A stretch of 63,675 nt of DNA, the filler included, from Octopus bimaculoides (Eukaryota), in NCBI RefSeq assembly GCF_001194135.2. It is 5 parts of 5 records of this genome, joined end to end, with 100 filler letters (N's around TTAATTAATTAA, not from the genome) between each part and the next. Parts side by side here need not be neighbours in the genome. Positions count along the whole stretch, not along the records: positions 61,129 to 63,675 come from NC_068994.1; 4 more parts are not named here. One strand, 5' to 3'. Shown in pieces: positions 61,362 through 63,675 of this stretch (position 1 is the stretch's first letter; the number at the start of each line of letters is the position of its first letter). The notes under the pieces were generated by a model that saw nothing but the letters and a program-made list of their open reading frames with translations, did no database searches and was not told the DNA's origin. A program made the translations under genes and the position numbers.

Positions 61362-61959
61362 GCGCGTGCGCGTGCGAGCGATCGTGCTCGCATGTGTAGG
61401 TTCGTCTGCAGGAGTGTGAGAGACGAAGCGAGCACCTATGCACTGACTGCTTGTATGTATGTATATATGTATGTATGTAGGTATGTATGTGTGTCTGTGT
61501 GTGTGTCTATGTATGTATGTATGTGTGTCTGTGTGTGTGTGTGTGTCTATGTATGTGTGCCTCTGTGTGAGTCTATGTATGTATGTATGTATGTAATGTA
61601 TGTATGTACCTTGTGTCTATGCGTAAGCATACTCCCAGTCGCATATATGCTTGCATAGACAGTTGTATGTGTGAAGACAGTTGCATACGTACATAGGCAG
61701 CCGTATGTATGTCTAGAAAGCTGTATGTGTTTATCTGCAACCGCTTAAATGGAGAATGTGTGAGAGAGAAACAAGCAAAAGATAATGTGCACACACTAAC
61801 ACATACACACTAACACATACATACACACATACAAACATACATATATATATATATATTGAGTGTGTGAGTACAAGTGTCAGCATGTATGTGTATATGTGTA
61901 TATACGTGTGTATCTATAATGGTGTGTGCTGGTCCCACTGGTGCGTGTATCTGTGTCTA

Positions 61960-63675
61960 ATTATGCGGTAGTGCATGAGAAATGTCTGTTGTGGTTGTAT
62001 GAGTGATGGTGGCGGCTGCGTCGATGGCGATGCAGGTGATGCTGATGGTGGCTGGTGGTGGTGGTGGTAGGGTTGGGGCTCGAAGCGGTGTTGGTGTCGG
62101 TGGTTAGCGTGTGCGCTGTGGGGAGGAGGGTCAGGGGAGGGTTAGTCGCGGTGATGGTAGCAATGGCAGCCGCGATGAAGATAACGGCTGCACCGCTCGT
62201 GGTGGAAGCGCGCGCCGGTGATGGCGCTGACGGAGGTAATGGCGCTGGCGATGGTGGCAACGGTGGAGCTGGCGATAGTGGTGGGTGTGAGGAANNNNNN
62301 NNNNNNNNNNNNNNNNNNNNNNNNNNNNNNNNNNNNNNNNNNNNNNNNNNNNNNNNNNNNNNNNNNNNNNNNNNNNNNNNNNNNNNNNNNNNNNNNNNNN
62401 NNNNNNNNNNNNNNNNNNNNNNNNNNNNNNNNNNNNNNNNNNNNNNNNNNNNNNNNNNNNNNNNNNNNNNNNNNNNNNNNNNNNNNNNNNNNNNNNNNNN
62501 NNNNNNNNNNNNNNNNNNNNNNNNNNNNNNNNNNNNNNNNNNNNNNNNNNNNNNNNNNNNNNNNNNNNNNNNNNNNNNNNNNNNNNNNNNNNNNNNNNNN
62601 NNNNNNNNNNNNNNNNNNNNNNNNNNNNNNNNNNNNNNNNNNNNNNNNNNNNNNNNNNNNNNNNNNNNNNNNNNNNNNNNNNNNNNNNNNNNNNNNNNNN
62701 NNNNNNNNNNNNNNNNNNNNNNNNNNNNNNNNNNNNNNNNNNNNNNNNNNNNNNNNNNNNNNNNNNNNNNNNNNNNNNNNNNNNNNNNNNNNNNNNNNNN
62801 NNNNNNNNNNNNNNNNNNNNNNNNNNNNNNNNNNNNNNNNNNNNNNNNNNNNNNNNNNNNNNNNNNNNNNNNNNNNNNNNNNNNNNNNNNNNNNNNNNNN
62901 NNNNNNNNNNNNNNNNNNNNNNNNNNNNNNNNNNNNNNNNNNNNNNNNNNNNNNNNNNNNNNNNNNNNNNNNNNNNNNNNNNNNNNNNNNNNNNNNNNNN
63001 NNNNNNNNNNNNNNNNNNNNNNNNNNNNNNNNNNNNNNNNNNNNNNNNNNNNNNNNNNNNNNNNNNNNNNNNNNNNNNNNNNNNNNNNNNNNNNNNNNNN
63101 NNNNNNNNNNNNNNNNNNNNNNNNNNNNNNNNNNNNNNNNNNNNNNNNNNNNNNNNNNNNNNNNNNNNNNNNNNNNNNNNNNNNNNNNNNNNNNNNNNNN
63201 NNNNNNNNNNNNNNNNNNNNNNNNNNNNNATGATGGTCAAGCGTGAGTGGTTTGGTTTTTATGTGGTCGGTTTATGGAAACGGTAATGATGCTTGATACT
63301 AGACGGGTGGGTGTTGTTGTTGTTGTTGTTGCTGCTGCTGGTGGTGGGGGTGATGTTCAGGTGGGGATGATTTTGTGGTGTTGGTGGTTTCTTCTGTGAC
63401 AATAGTAATTCATTGTAGTGTTGGCTGTAGTATTAGTGGTGGTTTTTATCACAATGTTATAAATTGCAGTGTTGGTCGTACTGCTAGTGGTGGTGGCCGT
63501 GTTAATGGCTTGGGTATTCGTAGTGGTGATGCGAATGTTGGTCTTCATGTTCGAGGATGTAGTGGTGGTGTTGGTTTTGGTGGTGGTAGTGGTAGTAGTG
63601 ATGGTGGTAATGGTGGTAGTGTTGGTGGTAGTAGTGGTGATGGTGGTAATAGTGGTGGTGGTGGTGGTGGTGGTG
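61960..63675. repeat. Degenerate (GGT/GTG/GTA) triplet tracts flanking a large gap
   Basis: Direct sequence. Low complexity. Confidence 0.8.

Noticed and set aside
2488-63246. Dozens of long ORFs in the track (poly-X, CV/HT/YI/LS/ER repeats, poly-H/D/V/M)
   Set aside because: They are translations of microsatellites or read-through of N gaps, with no domain content.

Overview
This is AT-rich eukaryotic DNA from a gappy draft assembly. The SINE and RTE families and the microsatellite density look like a coleoid cephalopod, most likely Octopus; that assignment is inferred from recalled repeat motifs, not from a search. No intact host gene, rRNA, true tRNA or CRISPR array can be supported, and nearly all ORFs in the supplied track are microsatellite or N-gap artefacts. 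The window is intron- or intergenic-like and is dominated by repeats: (i) three tRNA-derived SINE families (labelled A, B and D here, about 30 copies or fragments, some nested, with swapped 3' tails); (ii) decayed non-LTR retroelements (R4/Dong-like x3, HERO-like, RTE x2-3, CR1/Jockey-like x2) and one Penelope-like RT plus GIY-YIG remnant; (iii) DNA transposon remnants (a Tc1/mariner transposase C-terminus, a hAT-type MITE, and a complete 1.2-kb TA-flanked TIR element whose ORF fuses a psq-like N-terminus to a PHD finger with the DDE domain deleted); (iv) five mutually unrelated long inverted repeats; and (v) abundant di-, tri- and tetranucleotide tracts. The best leads are the HTH-PHD mini-transposon, the Naiad-like Penelope element with a possible relic selenocysteine codon, the long foldbacks, a hammerhead-like motif set in non-canonical order, and the tandem stem-loop array in the RTE 3' UTR. 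All alignments and counts were done by eye.
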